Of a stretch of DNA of 64,000 nucleotides, positions 12,860-26,964 are shown in pieces. The position numbers were made by a program, and so were the translations under genes. Numbering within the stretch: the stretch's first letter is position 1; each line of letters begins with the position of its first letter. The stretch is from Heptranchias perlo (lineage: Eukaryota), in the NCBI RefSeq assembly GCF_035084215.1, contig NW_027139666.1, positions 930,001 through 994,000 of the forward strand, in the 5' to 3' direction. The notes below the pieces were generated by a model. The model ran no database searches. It was not told the origin of the DNA and saw only the letters and a program-made list of their open reading frames with translations.

Positions 12860-13040
12860 TTTACATTGCACCTCTACCCCATTTAGACTCTTATTTTCCA
12901 TGCAGTATGTGGCCTCCTTATTCCCCCAGCGAAATGCACCACCTCACACTTTTCTATATTGAAATTCAATGGCCATTTGCACGGCCGTTCTGCAAGTTTA
13001 TTTTGTCCCAGTCTTCCTCAATATTGACTATACGCCCTAA
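12860..13040 (-). mobile_element. Old CR1-like LINE fragment carried in the duplicated module
   Basis: Similar to 17800-18000, 28680-28820, 38500-38650 and 61910-62090. Confidence 0.55.
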
Positions 13041-13099
13041 ATCGATTACAAGAATTTAACACAGCATTACAAGTAGTTTTTGGTCCAAAAAAAATGTAC

Positions 13100-13322
13100 T
13101 TGCAGCTCGTCTCCATTTTTTCTAAATCCCACTCGTGCAATATAATGTGAAGAATGAGTTTATCTTCTGTCCCTCTCTCATCTGCAAACTTCAATGTCCC
13201 GGGGTTTGGGGACATCTACTGTCCGGAAGCAGAACTGCAACAGTTCGGAACAAATTGCTGAAACCGGACAATGTGCAGTGTGAGCCTGTTTGTGATTGGT
13301 GGCAGGTACTAAATCTGATTTT
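13100..13322 (+). promoter_or_regulatory. Orphan distal H2B promoter segment joined to gene X intron 1/exon 2
   Basis: Near-identical to 18055-18271 and 1-110 up to AAATCTGATT, then switches to gene X sequence. Confidence 0.75.
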
Positions 13323-13363
13323 TTAAACCTGCCCATTAACCTTTAGTGTTTGTTATTGAACAG

Positions 13364-14010
13364 TAAACAGAGCCGGACAGTAAGGATATGGGGTGTTATA
13401 CAAAGAGCATCTATTGCAGGCATCAGGTGAGAAGTGTGAAGGTCACATTTTAAACAGCGGCTGTTTTGTTTCGGTTGAACGGTCAGTCCCATGAGAAAGG
13501 GGAGTAGAAATCTGATATGTACAAAGGTCCCTGCCCAATCGGGTAGACCCATTCATGGATCAGTGCAGGGGTTGGGTTGTGTCTGGATGTCACTCAATTG
13601 TAAAATTGCCCAACACACCTGGTGTGCAGAAGCTGAGTGCTGCAGTACTGCAGTGGAATCAGACACTGACACTGTTTGTATCGCTGTTTTTCCTTTGTGG
13701 ATATTACAATGATTATTAACAGAGAGATTCAATTGATCACTTTTGCTTTTTTCTACCTCACCTGTTCTTGAGTTACAAGAGACAGTTTTTTTTCCATCAG
13801 TCAATTCGTTGAAGGACCCAGAATCAGTGTGATGTTTACTCCACCCGAGGCACAAGGAGCAGTCAGTGCAGCCAGCTCCTTCTCACACACAGTATGTACA
13901 TTAACACTCAGAGCATAGAGACACAGACAGGTCATCAGTTCCACATTCTCAGATAGCAGAAATGGTCAATACCACACTGATCCCAATCCAACAGTCAAAC
14001 AGAGCAGGAG
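13364..14010 (+). pseudogene. Gene X copy B (exon 2 at 13364-13426 with in-frame 9-nt deletion; exon 3 from 13801)
   Basis: Homology to copies A, C and E; CAG|GTGAGA donor retained; exon 1 absent. Confidence 0.45.
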
Positions 14011-14149
14011 AGACAGACGGAATTTCTATTTCACAATGACTCAGTACCGCTGACTGGCAAATAAATAATTCCCAGTCCAAAATCACACCCAGTTTCAGAT
14101 TGAAAGGCACTGTTTCAATTCTCACATTATTTCAGCCTTAGCTACAAAT

Positions 14150-16005
14150 TAAATACCAGATAGAACTGACACATGGTACTGATTGATAGATACAGAGTGA
14201 ATAACAATAGTGTACTCCAAGATTAAAATTAAATACCAGCCCTCAACTCACACACATTTTGAGTTTAAAAGTGCAGTATTCATGCCAATAGTGCACCCTG
14301 AGATACAAATTAGATACCAATTCAGATGTTACCCATATTTGACTCACATATATGTTCAAAAAGCTCATGGTGTCAGAATGAAATGTACAGTTTTAATTCC
14401 TTTACTGCAGATTGAGGTACACGTTAGATACCAGTCCAAAATTCTCATACAGTATAAAACTGAAAGATATAGTGTTGATTTGATTAGTACAGACTGACGT
14501 ACACATTACATACCAGTACAAAAATCTCTCACAGTATGAGACTGAAAGATGCAGTATCATCCCATTAGTGCAGACTGAGCTACACATTATATACCAGTCC
14601 AAAAATCACATTCAGGGTCAAACTGAAAGGCACAGTATGAATTCCATTACAGCAGACTGAGCTACACATTATATACCAGTTCAAAAAACAGATTCAGGGT
14701 CATGCCGAATGATGCAGTATCAATCCCATTAGTGCAGAATGAGTTACACATTACACACCAGTCTAAATATATGCCGCAGCATCAGACTGAAAGATACAGT
14801 ATCAATTCCATTAGTGCAGACTGAGCTACACATTATATACAGTCCAAAATTCGCATGCAGTGTCGTACTGAAATATACAGTATGAATCCTATTAGTGTGG
14901 ACTAAGCCACACATTACAAAACAAGTCCAAAAATCTCTCTCAGTGTCTGACTGAAAGCTAGAGTGTCAATTCCATTCGTACAGACTGAACTACACATTAC
15001 ATATCAGTCCAAAAATCACTTCAAGCTCATGCTGAAATGTACAGCATCAATTCCATTAGTGTTGACTGAACCACACATTGCATACTAGAACAAAAAAAAA
15101 TCACAGTTTCAGATTGACAGAAAACGTATCAATTCCATCAATGCTGAATGAGCAACAAATTACATACAATCCATAAATCTCATACAGTGTCAGACTGAAA
15201 GATACTTTATCAATTCCATTAGTGCAGACTAAGCTACACATTACATACCGGTCCAAAAACCTCACACGGTATCGGACTGAAAGATACAGTATCATTCTTA
15301 TTATAGCTGATTGAGCCCCAGTATCAATTTGATTTGTACAGACTGAGCTACACATTCCATACCAGTTCAAAAACCTCATACTTCATCTTTAAGTCTGTTA
15401 CTGTATCAATTCCATTATAGCTGACTGAGCTACACCTTACAGACTAATCTAAATATATTACACAGAATCAGACTGAAAGATACAGTATCAATTCCATTAG
15501 CGCAGACTGAGCTGCACAAGAAATACCAGTCCAATAATTTCACAGTAAAAGATGAAATGTAAATTATCATTTACAATAGTCTTCAGAGATTAAAGTGTAA
15601 TCCTACACCAAAACTCACACACGTTGTTTGATTAAAACAAAATCCAAAAGTTTATCCATAATTACAAATTAATGCTAGACAAAAGATTGTGCATACATTA
15701 ATGAATTAAACATACAGTTTCAAGCAATATACTGTAACATGAAATAAGAATACAGAACGAATCCAGACTTGCACTTTGTCCCAGAGACGGAGTTACACAA
15801 TGAATCCCACACTCACACGCAGTACCAGAGACTGACAAGAATAGAATGAATCCTACATTCACATAAAGCACCAGAGACTGACAGATAAAGAATAAATCCC
15901 CCACACACACATACACACACACAGTACCGGAGACTGACAGACACAGAATGAATCTCACACTCAATACAGTCCCAGAAACTGACAGAGAATTAATCCCAAA
16001 CTCAC
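14150..16005 (+). repeat. Composite satellite, mainly 82-bp units (14360-15540) then 46-bp units
   Basis: CAGA(C/A)TGAG recurs at 14571, 14653 and 14735 (82-bp period). Confidence 0.9.
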
Positions 16006-16379
16006 ATACATTCTGATATCGACTGGCTGTAAGGGAGAACTGTAACATAGTGGAACAAATTCACATTATCTGTCGTTGATACAGATTCAGGACAATGTGC
16101 AATGGGAGGAAATAGTTTCTCTCTGTAACTTCTGCTCTCGTAATTTTTCATATTTTGTGAGTGAAAATGAAGACAATTGATTCATAGTAATGTTCTTGCT
16201 TTGCTCATTCGAAAGTTGCCCCATTATGTTTCACTCTACATTGCGCAATATTTCTGTCTGATTTCTCAGGACACGATTTATATTAATTCAAATAAACCGA
16301 ACTGAAACACAAATAAAAACTGAGCGCAAATCTGGAAGTTCCAATGACCGTCAAAAGTGAAAGGGATAAAACATAGAAA

Positions 16380-16480
16380 AAATTAAAACCGAAAATGCTG
16401 GAAAGACTCAGCAGGTCCGGCAGCATCTGTGGAGAAGGGAAGCTCGGGTTAACGGTTCAGGTCAATGACCCTTCTATAGA
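16380..16480. mobile_element. Short fragment of a dispersed retroelement-derived repeat
   Basis: AAATGCTGGAAAGACTCAGCAGGTCCGGCAGCATCTGTGGAG resembles a common elasmobranch repeat end; family not certain. Confidence 0.4.
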
Positions 16481-16999
16481 TCAGAAAGGTTAATCCGACA
16501 TAATTTAAATAAGGAACTGGAATCTGCAGAGGGAAAAACTTCAGAAAATCAATTAATTTCACTGACTCCGGGCAATTGTGTCCTGTGTCCACTGTACAGA
16601 TCAGGAGAAATAATAATACAAAGGAACAAAGTTAAATTCAACGTTATGGGGGAAATAAATGAATATTTAAAATATTTTTAAAATATAAATTAGACCCGTT
16701 TGTGTTTTGGAAACACTATCCCTCTGAACATCATCAAATTCGGTTCCAGTCTTGGTGTTTCTGAATTCAGCGTGCTGGGATTCAAACCTGTTGGAATTAA
16801 CTGTTTGGAAGGCAGCTATACTCACCATTATAGCACCTTATTTCACGAGGAGAGAGAAGTAGAGTGTTTCTGTGGAGTTTCACACTGAATTGCGCCCTTT
16901 GGGTTTTTGGTACTTTAATCACAGACAATAAATAGTTCCCAAACATCAGCCCCTGAACAGACACAACAAGCTGGTGGAATTTCTCATTCATAGATATTA

Positions 17000-17645
17000 A
17001 ATAAAAGGATGACAAAAGCAAATAGGAAGAGGTTAGGAAGAAGTCACAAAAACAATTAGGGAAGAAAACAGGAACCACGAAATCAAATTATCAAGGAATA
17101 TGAAAAGAAATAATAAATTATTCGACAGACACAAAAATAACAAAATGAAAATCAGAATAGTTTGAGTGCCACTGAGGGATGCACAAGATAAACTCACAGG
17201 TAACGTCAGCGAAATAGCAGAAATATTGAATTGTTACTTTGCTCATATTTACCCGGGAGATTAACAGGGTGAACATGATATTAAAGGAAGAGGTCAATAA
17301 AGATATCAAGACATTTAAGTTAGAAAGGGTGGTTAAACTGGTCCTGATGGATTGTATCCGTGCATATTAAATGAAGCAAGGGAAGAGATAGCAGAGGCAC
17401 TGTTACATATATAGACAAAATCATCACAAAGTGCAATAGTGCCAAAGGACTGGATGACAGCTAATGGGATTGTTATATTTTAAAACAGGAGATAGAACAA
17501 GTGCAGGGAACTATGGACCAGTTAACGAAAGGTCGGTGGTGGGGATGATCATGGAATCCTTTACTCAATGATGCAGTAGATAAACATATAGAAACCGAAT
17601 ATATAATAAAGAATAGTCAGCACGGATTTCAGAAAGGGAAGGTTT
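17000..17645 (+). mobile_element. Degraded CR1 LINE ORF2 fragment
   Basis: Remnant peptides GPDGLYPCILNEAREEIAEAL, VPKDW, GNYGPV and NSQHGF match the young CR1 ORF2 in this window. Confidence 0.75.
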
Positions 17646-17689
17646 AATAGTTTGACAGAAGGTTTGACAGTTTAATTTACAGTTCAACA

Positions 17690-18000
17690 GAACTTATCTC
17701 CTTTTCAATTCTGTTCCATTAGAAATAAACCTCTGTGTTTGTTTTCTATGACATTATCAACCTGAGTTGCTACTTTAATGATTTGTCAATCTGTACCCCT
17801 AAATCCCTTTGCTCTTCGACCCCATTTAGACTCTTATTTTCCAAGCAGTGTGTGGCCTCCTTATTCCCCCGAGCAAAATGCACCACGTCACAACTTTCTA
17901 TATGGAAATTCAATGGCCATTTTCACCGCCTTTCAGCAAGTTTATTAAAGTCTTCTTGAATTTTGTTAGATTCTTCCTCAGTATAGGCTATACCCACTAA
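17690..18000 (-). mobile_element. Degraded CR1-like LINE fragment
   Basis: Similar to the minus-strand CR1 at 38380-38650. Confidence 0.55.
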
Positions 18001-18442
18001 ATAATTACAAGCATTTCACACGACATTACAACAAATGTTTGCTCCAACAAAATGTTCTCCATTCCCAGTTTCTCTGAATCCCACTCGTGTAATATAATGT
18101 GAAGAATGAGTTTATCTTCTGTCCCTCTCTCATCTGCAAACTTCAATGTCAGGGGTTTGGGGACATCTACTGGCCGGAAGCAGAACTGCAACAGTTCGGA
18201 ACAAATTGCTGAAACCGGACAATGTGCAGTGTGAGCGTGTTTGTGATTGGTAGCAGGTATTAAATCTGATTGGATATCTGAAAAAACCTATCAGAGAGTG
18301 AAAGGAAAAGGTGACGTTTATCACTCCCAATGACCCAATCACAATCATTGCCTTCCACCATCCCTTATTAGCATAGGGCTGTGCTGCTGCCTATTTAATC
18401 CGAGCTCGGATTGGATTTCTGGGTCTGAAATTGAGTTTTGAG

Positions 18443-18817
18443 ATGCCTGAGGACAAGAAAGCAGCTCCCAAGAAGGGCGCCAAGAAAACCTTGAGTAAAG
18501 CACCAGCCAAGGGCGGCAAGAAGCGGAGAAAGTCGAGGAAGGAGAGTTACTCCATCTACGTCTACAAAGTGATGAAGCAGGTTCACCCCGACACCGGCAT
18601 CTCCTCAAAGGCCATGAGCATCATGAACTCCTTTGTGAACGATATTTTCGAGCGCATCGCGGGTGAGGCTTCCCGCCTGGCCCATTATAATAAACGCCAC
18701 ACCATCAGCTCCCGGGAGATCCAGACCGCTGTGCGCCTGTTGCTGCCCGGAGAACTGGCCAAACACGCCGTGTCGGAAGGGACAAAGGCGGTGACCAAGT
18801 ACACCAGCTCCAAGTAA
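18443..18817 (+). CDS. H2B: Histone H2B (124 aa)
   Basis: Intact [11 protein letters not shown] variant; stem-loop at 18853-18868. Confidence 0.98.
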   Translation: MPEDKKAAPKKGAKKTLSKAPAKGGKKRRKSRKESYSIYVYKVMKQVHPDTGISSKAMSIMNSFVNDIFERIAGEASRLAHYNKRHTISSREIQTAVRLLLPGELAKHAVSEGTKAVTKYTSSK

Positions 18818-18852
18818 AACTCCACAATCAACTGAAAAAAAATAAACACAAA

Positions 18853-18868
18853 GGCTCTTTTAAGAGCC
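18853..18868 (+). promoter_or_regulatory. Histone 3' stem-loop (H2B)
   Basis: GGCTCTTTTAAGAGCC ACCCA. Confidence 0.96.
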
Positions 18869-19785
18869 ACCCACAGTCTCTCTGAAGACGCTGTGCCGAC
18901 CCCTCTGTATGGAATCATTTTACTGTAGATAGTTTGATAGTAACTGTCTCTCTATAACTCTTGTGCTTTTCTAATTTCCCTTGAAATCTGGAAGATTCTC
19001 ATAATCACTGCCAGGTATAATAATCTATGTGTCGCTTTCTGTTTAGTTCCAATAACCAAAAACGTGTCCCTGATTTTCTCATTCCCGTTCATATTCCGCC
19101 CCTTCCCCCGCGTCTGCCCCTTCATAGCCGTCATAAGGCGATGGATTAGACTTCATTTCTTTCTCCTTTTCACGTTTGTTTGTTCATTATTCGGGAATAT
19201 CACTTTGAGAACCGCAATCCTTTGAAATGCAGCAACCCTGAAAGGGACGTCACACCGAGTACAGAATAGTCTAAAGGCTCTGTCACTGTTCGACTTCTTA
19301 CACCAGGAGTCTCGGCTCCGGTTTCGATCGCGCTGCAGCTCCTGTGAACAGCGATCAATCCACAATCTGTGGTTTGTTACTTTTACAAAGATTGAGCTGG
19401 AATCTGTCCCGTTACAAAATGTTACTTTACTCCCGCCAGATTGAAAGCGAACGGTGAAGGGAGCCGGATTTTAAACGGATTGTAAAAGATTCTGGAAGTT
19501 GTGACGGGAAATGTGCAATAACAGAGTAAAAGGAGAGAGATTTTTTAAACTTTGTCTTAAGGCGACATTATTTACTAAATCCGCTTCTTGTGTTACAAAT
19601 ATTTTGGCGGGCTTTTCAAATTTCAAAAAAACGGTTCAGTTCGGTATTTTCCGCCCTTTTCTCATTGCCGGCTATTGATTGGCGAATAAAACAGCTCTCT
19701 GATTGGGCTGTTCGCTAAACCAATGAGAGTGAAAACAGATTGACCAATTACAAGTGCCCCCACTTTATACCTCCAGAAGGTATAA

Positions 19786-20235
<450 letters not shown>

Positions 20236-20266
20236 ATCGGCCAAGATTTAATCTGATCAACCCAAA

Positions 20267-20282
20267 GGCTCTTTTCAGAGCC
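20267..20282 (+). promoter_or_regulatory. Histone 3' stem-loop (H2A)
   Basis: GGCTCTTTTCAGAGCC ACCCA, HDE-like GAAAGGGCTG. Confidence 0.96.
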
Positions 20283-20484
20283 ACCCACTGTATCTGTGAA
20301 AGGGCTGGTTACTGTCTGAAGAGACTGACCTATTGATCACAGTTATCCCCGGTCTACGTTGATATATTACATCACTATAGCGGTTGAAGGAATGGGAGCC
20401 AATGTAAGTCACCGAACACAAGGGTGACAGGTGAACGGGAGTTGGAGGGAGTTAGAATAGGGCAACGGAGATTTGTAGGAGTTC

Positions 20485-20735
20485 ATGTTTACAGAGCGTG
20501 GAAGATCGGAGGCAGACCAGGAGAGCATTGGAATAGCAAAGTCTGGAGGTAACAAGGGAATGGATGAGTGTTTCAGCACCAGATCAGCTGAGGCAGGGGC
20601 GGAGACGCGCGATGTTTCAAAGGTGGAATTAGGTCTTGGTGATGGAGCGGATATGTGGTCGGATGCTCATCTCAGAGTCAGATAGGACACAAAGGTTGCG
20701 AACGGTCATATTCCGGCTCACACAGTGGCCAGGGT
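20485..20735 (-). mobile_element. L2-type LINE ORF2 fragment
   Basis: Minus strand reads ...NIARLRPCLS*SGAETLIHSLVTSRLCYSNALL, typical of the L2 ORF2 C-terminal region. Confidence 0.65.
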
Positions 20736-20739
20736 CAAG

Positions 20740-21430
20740 TCTCTGTCCATCCCGGTCCCTGAATCGATCCAGTCCCCAAACAGGACCTGGGTCTGTCCAT
20801 CCCGACCACTGAATCTATCCAGTCCCCACACAAGACCTGGGTATGTCCATCCCGGTCCCTGAATCTATCCAATTTCACACTGACTCCAGCTCTAATTCAA
20901 TTCATAATAGCCACACATGACCAATCTCCATCCATTCCGGTCCCTGAATCTATCCAGTCCCCAATGACCTCAGCTCTAATTAAACTCATTTTACCCACAC
21001 AGGAACTGTCTCTGTCCATCCCGGTCCCTGAATATATGCAGGCCACACACAGGACCTGGGTCTGTCCATCCAATACCTGAATCTATCCAGTCCCCACACA
21101 GGACCTGGGTCGGTCCATCCTGGTCCCTGAATCTATCCAGTCCCCACACAGGACCTGGGTCTGTCCATCCAATATCTGAATCTATCCAGTCCCCACACAA
21201 GACCTGGGTCTGTCCATCCTGGTCCCTGAATCCATGCAGTCCCCATACAGGACCTGGGTCTGTCCATTCCGTTCCCTGATTCTGTCCAGTTCCCAATGAC
21301 TTCAGCTCCAATAAACGCATTGTACCCACACAGTAACTGTCTCTGTCCATCCCAGGACCTGAATCTACCCAGTCCCCACACAGGATCATTCTCCATCCAT
21401 CCCAGTGCCTGATTCTATCCAGTCCATACT
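20740..21430. repeat. ~50-bp minisatellite, ~13 copies
   Basis: CTGTCCATCCCGGTCCCTGAATCTATCCAGTCCCCACACAGGACCTGGGT; ATCTATCCAG at 21081 and 21131. Confidence 0.9.
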
Positions 21431-21951
21431 GACCCAAGCACGGAAAGGTACAGATTGCCTTCCACACCGATTGATGTTTATTAAACTATTGGGCGCCTCC
21501 TGTCAGCTACAAATCTGAAACTAAAACTATCCCTCTTCTAACGTTTCCGTAGCGGCATTGATTGATTTTATTATGAAAGTGATTGTGTTGGAACTGTAGT
21601 GTGCCTCATTTATTGAATTTAAATTATATATTCCGCCTTTTTTTCTGGAAACCCTTGAATATCAAGCCGGAGTCTGTAAGGATTGTCTCTGAATTTGTAT
21701 TTCCTATTTGATGCTGGTGAAAATTTTATAAAGGACGGTAACTAATTCCTGGAGGCGGAGCTTGAAGTTGCACGTCCGCTTGTCCGTCATTCTGAGCCAG
21801 TCTCCTCCTCTCCCGCACTTCATGCTCTGTCTTTCATTCAAACACTCTTCCCCGGACTGTCCGATAATGTGCCTTTCTCAACCAGGTCGGGGCGGGCTTT
21901 ATAAATGCAGAAGAAAGGCGAGAGTCTTTCATTCAGCAGCGATCTGAGTGA

Positions 21952-22272
<321 letters not shown>

Positions 22273-22307
22273 ACAACTCGATCCTTTCTAACCGGACACA
22301 AACCAAA

Positions 22308-22323
22308 GGCTCTTCTCAGAGCC
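22308..22323 (+). promoter_or_regulatory. Histone 3' stem-loop (H4)
   Basis: GGCTCTTCTCAGAGCC ACCCA, HDE AGAGAGCACTG. Confidence 0.96.
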
Positions 22324-22824
22324 ACCCACCGCCTCACAGAGAGAGCACTGACCTGGGAACTGGTGCGGGGTTATGTGGGGCTCGGGAATAGTTTTATAAT
22401 TAAAGAGTTTTCTGTGACACACAGTACGGTGAGGTGGGATCGGCGGCGTGCTGCACCGGTTACTGAGAGGGAACTTTCCCTTATTGAATGCACTGAATTG
22501 TCCAGGAAACGTTATAAGTGAGTTTACCCGGAGCTGAATTCCCCCCCCCCCCCACCTCGCTGAAATGTTCCTTCACTCCATTCGCTCTGTTTTGGTTCTA
22601 TTTATCAGTCAGATGTTGTGATGTGGGACCGGGGGTTTCCATGGGAGAACAGGTTAAGCTGAGCCGCTGTGATAAGGGCCCAGCTTGTGATATGGATTTT
22701 CCCTCTGACGGTTGTTTCTGACACTGAGACTGAGAGGGTTTGTGAAATTGAACCGTTTGAGCTCAGTCATTGGGGACCTGGAATTACCACAGGCCCAACT
22801 GGCAAAGCCCGCTCTAAACTGAGG

Positions 22825-22960
22825 CTACTTCTCATTGGTTGCTTTGCTTGAAAACTAATTTCCTTAACCAATCGGAGAGACGACAATAAGAAAACGGAGC
22901 AAATTGTTGGCCACAATTGACCGATTTTTTAAAATTTGAAAAAAGCCGCCAATTTCAGTG
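22825..22960 (-). promoter_or_regulatory. Orphan, diverged H2A-type promoter remnant
   Basis: Aligns by eye with the reverse complement of 19600-19730 (CCAAT boxes, TTTGAAAA..CCGCCAA); no H2A CDS follows. Confidence 0.5.
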
Positions 22961-23607
22961 TATGAAATAAGTGAATTACTCGGCCATGTCGTTTTTACAC
23001 AAAGACTTAAAATCTCTTTGTAATAATGTTATTCCGTATTACACGTCCCAAATTCCGAGCGCTGTTTCAAAAACACATTGTCTATAACTTGCGGAATATA
23101 ATCCCAATCATAGATTGCTGATATGGACAAATTTCACTTCTACCTGTAAAAATAACAAACTCCAGGTTATCAATTGATTCCGTTGCAGGGACTGAACAGG
23201 AACCGTGTGTCCTGAAAACGGAATCATGGACGAAGCCTGAAAATGAGCCAATTCTTTTCTCCAATCGTTCATTCTGGATTGTTACACTGCGGGGAACGTG
23301 CTGCTAATATGCGGGATATTAAGATCAGTAATTAATTATTTCAGAGATTGGCTCCACAGTGAGAAAGAGGAAGGAACTAAATTCTGATTCATAGCCCTGA
23401 AAGTGGTGGTTCACGGGAAAACCGGGGGCGGTCTAAATCTGAATGAGAGCGAGAGCAAAGCAAAAGGGAATTGAACGGACCCCGGACCCGTGTTCACTTT
23501 ATTGGGCAGTAAATTCTACAGAGACAAACATTAAAATGGGGGAGTTTCACTGACTTTCTTTCAATTTATCCACCAGATTCAAAGGATGATGACCGAGTAA
23601 AGCAGCA

Positions 23608-25050
23608 ATTCTGTATCTGTCAGTCTCTGGTCCCGTATGTGAGTCGGATTCATTCTGAATCTGTCAGACTCTAGTACTGTGTGTGAGTGTGGGATTCATT
23701 CTGTATCTATCAGTCTCTGATACTGTGTGTGAGTGTGGGATTCATTCTGTATCTGTCAGTCTCGGGTACTGTGTGTGAGTGTGGGATTCATTCGAGATCT
23801 GTCAGTCTCTGGTACTGTGTGCGAGTGTGGGATTCATTCTGTATCTGTCATTCTCTGGTACTGTGTGTGAGTGTGGGAATCATCCTGTATCTGTCAGTCT
23901 CTGGTACTATGTGTGAGTGTGGGTTTCATTCTGTATCTGTCAGTCTCTGGTACTGTATTTGAATGTGGAATTAATTCTAAATCTCTCTGTCTCTTGTCCT
24001 GTGTGTGAGTGTGGGGTACATTCTGTATTCGTCAGTTTCTGGTACTGTGTGTGAGAGAGGGATTTATTCTGTATCTGTCAGTCTCTTGGCCTGTGTGTGA
24101 ATGTTGGATTCATTCTGGATCTGTCCGTCTCCGGTACTGTGTGTGAGTGTGGGATTCATTCTGTATCTGTCAGTTTCTGGTACTGTGTGTGAGTGTGGGA
24201 TTCATTCTGTATCTGTCAGTCTCTTGGCCTGTGTGTGAGTGTGGGATTCATTCTGGATCTGTCCCTCTCCCGTACTGTGTGTGAGTGTGGGATTCATTCT
24301 GTATCTGTCCGTCTCTGGTACTGTATTTGAATGTAGGATTCAATCTAAATCTGTCAGTCTCTTGTCCTGTGTATGAGTGTGGGTTGCATTCTGTATTTGT
24401 TCGTCTCTGGTACTGTGTGTGAATGTGGGATACATTCTGTATCTGTCAGTCTCTGGTACTGTGTGTGAGTGAGGGATTTATTCTGTATCTGTCAGTCTCT
24501 GGTACTGTGTGTGAATGTGGGATTCACTCTGTATCTGTCAGTCTCTAGTACTGTATGTGAGTTTCGGATTCCTTCTGCATGTCAGTCTCTGCACTGTATC
24601 TGAGTGTGAGATTCATTCTGTGTCTATATTTATTCTCTCAGATTACATTATGGTGTTCAATATTGTAGCTTTAATATCTCAATGTTTAAATAGTTTTTAT
24701 CAATATGGATACACTTTAGGATTTGATGCTGGAGGTTTTAATCAGATAATTTGTGTGCTTTTTGGATAACTATTAAATCTGTATCTCGGAGTAATATTGT
24801 GAATGATAATGTATCTTTCAAACTGACATTTTTGAATTGGTATATAATGTGCAGATCAGTCTGCATGAAATGAATTGATACTGCATCTTTAATTTTTGTT
24901 TTGTAAGATTTTTGGACTTGTGTGTCTGTGATACTGTATCATTAAATCTCTTAACATGAGTATATTATAAACTGGTATCTAATGTGTTTCTCAGGTTATA
25001 CTGTCACAGCATTTCTCAATCTGATATTGTACATGAGTTTTGGACTTGCA
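23608..25050 (-). repeat. Composite satellite, inverted; ~22 copies of the 46-bp unit at 23608-24630
   Basis: GGGATTCATT at 23691 and 23737 (46-bp period). Confidence 0.92.
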
Positions 25051-25286
25051 ATTTGTATCCGAATGATGCACTATTCGAATGAATAAGGCATGTATTGACC
25101 TCACTTGTGTGTGAGAGTTCTGGGCTAGTATTCAATTTGAATCTCGGGGTATCTGGTATTTAATTCACGGCTAATATTGCCATTTTGTGAAATTGACAAT
25201 CTGAAAACGAGACTTTGGACTGGGATTTTTGTATCTACCTGTCAGCGGGATTGAGTTCGGGAGAAATGGAACAGTGTCTGCCTCAC

Positions 25287-25511
25287 CTCCTCTGTTTGGC
25301 TGTTGGATTGAAAATGTGTCTCTGGAACTTGGGATCAGTGTGGGACTGACGACTTCTGCTGTCTGAGACTGTGGAACTGATGACCTGTCTGTGTCTCTGT
25401 GCTCTGAGAGTGATAATATACATACTGTGTGTGAGAAGGCGCTGGCTGCACTGTTCCTTTGCCTCGGGTGGAGGAAACGTCACATTCACTCTGGCTCGTT
25501 CAAGGGTTTGC
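25287..25511 (-). pseudogene. Gene X copy D, isolated exon 3 (long form, 225 nt, open)
   Basis: TTCTACAG acceptor, AG|GTGAGG donor, open frame RQTLERARVNVTFPPPEAKEQCSQ...KQR; upstream exons missing. Confidence 0.45.
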
Positions 25512-26468
25512 CTGTAGAAAGAAACGTATCTCTTGTAACTCAAGTACAGGTGAGGTAGAAAATACGTAAGTGATCAGTTTAATAACTGTTAACCCATCAA
25601 CACATCCAGTGGCACATTTGGACAGGGAAACTACTGGCAAACAGGTACAGAATGGTCTGATTCCGGTCCTACACTTTCACGTGAGGCATCTACACCCACA
25701 GTGTCACTCTAACTCGGACATCGATACAGGGAGAGGCTCGGGCACGCGTGCAAAGTACAAGAGATGCAAGTTTTCATTTCCGATATGGTATCAGCTTGGC
25801 TCTGTTGGAAATATTTTCATCTCTAATGAACCAGACTCGGATCAAATAAAGTTTGTCTATTTTTCCTCTCCAGTTATTGTGACAGAGGCTGTTTCACTGT
25901 AACTCGCACTAATAGAACTTAAGTGTTTTCGCTCAGCGCTAGAATCAGAAGCAGTGTAAAACTTAGTGTCACATTCACTGCGGTACTCGTCACTGACACA
26001 GGAACAGACTGACAGGGACAGAATAAATCCCTCACTCAGCCAATAACAGACAAATTTCACTCACTGATTCAGCAATCGCTGACACAATAATCAACACATC
26101 CGTCACCTTCTGGCGGACAAATCTGGGTATTGGAAGTCAGACCGAGTAAGTGTTCTGGGAGGATGAGACTGTAAATAACACTTACAATAATGGCCGGAAC
26201 ACAATAGAGTGCCTCTTGTTGCCGATGATCAAACTCACCTGTTATTTCTGTATTCCACCCTCCCAGTTTAATGAACTGATTATTTTGTGCCTCATTTCCT
26301 ATACAATCTGTAAATTTCAACCTATTGGAGGTTGGCGACATCTACTGTCCAGAAGCGAGTATTGAACAGATCATTTGTATTCAACAACATATCGTTAGTT
26401 TCTAACTAAGCGATTTATTATTAAATTAAGCTCTGACTCGCTTCAGCCCTTTCATAGATACAGTGGGT

Positions 26469-26484
26469 GGCTCTGAAAAGAGCC
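26469..26484 (-). promoter_or_regulatory. Histone 3' stem-loop (H2A)
   Basis: Reverse complement GGCTCTTTTCAGAGCC ACCCA. Confidence 0.96.
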
Positions 26485-26514
26485 TTTGGGTTATCAGATT
26501 AAATCTTGACCGGT

Positions 26515-26964
<450 letters not shown>

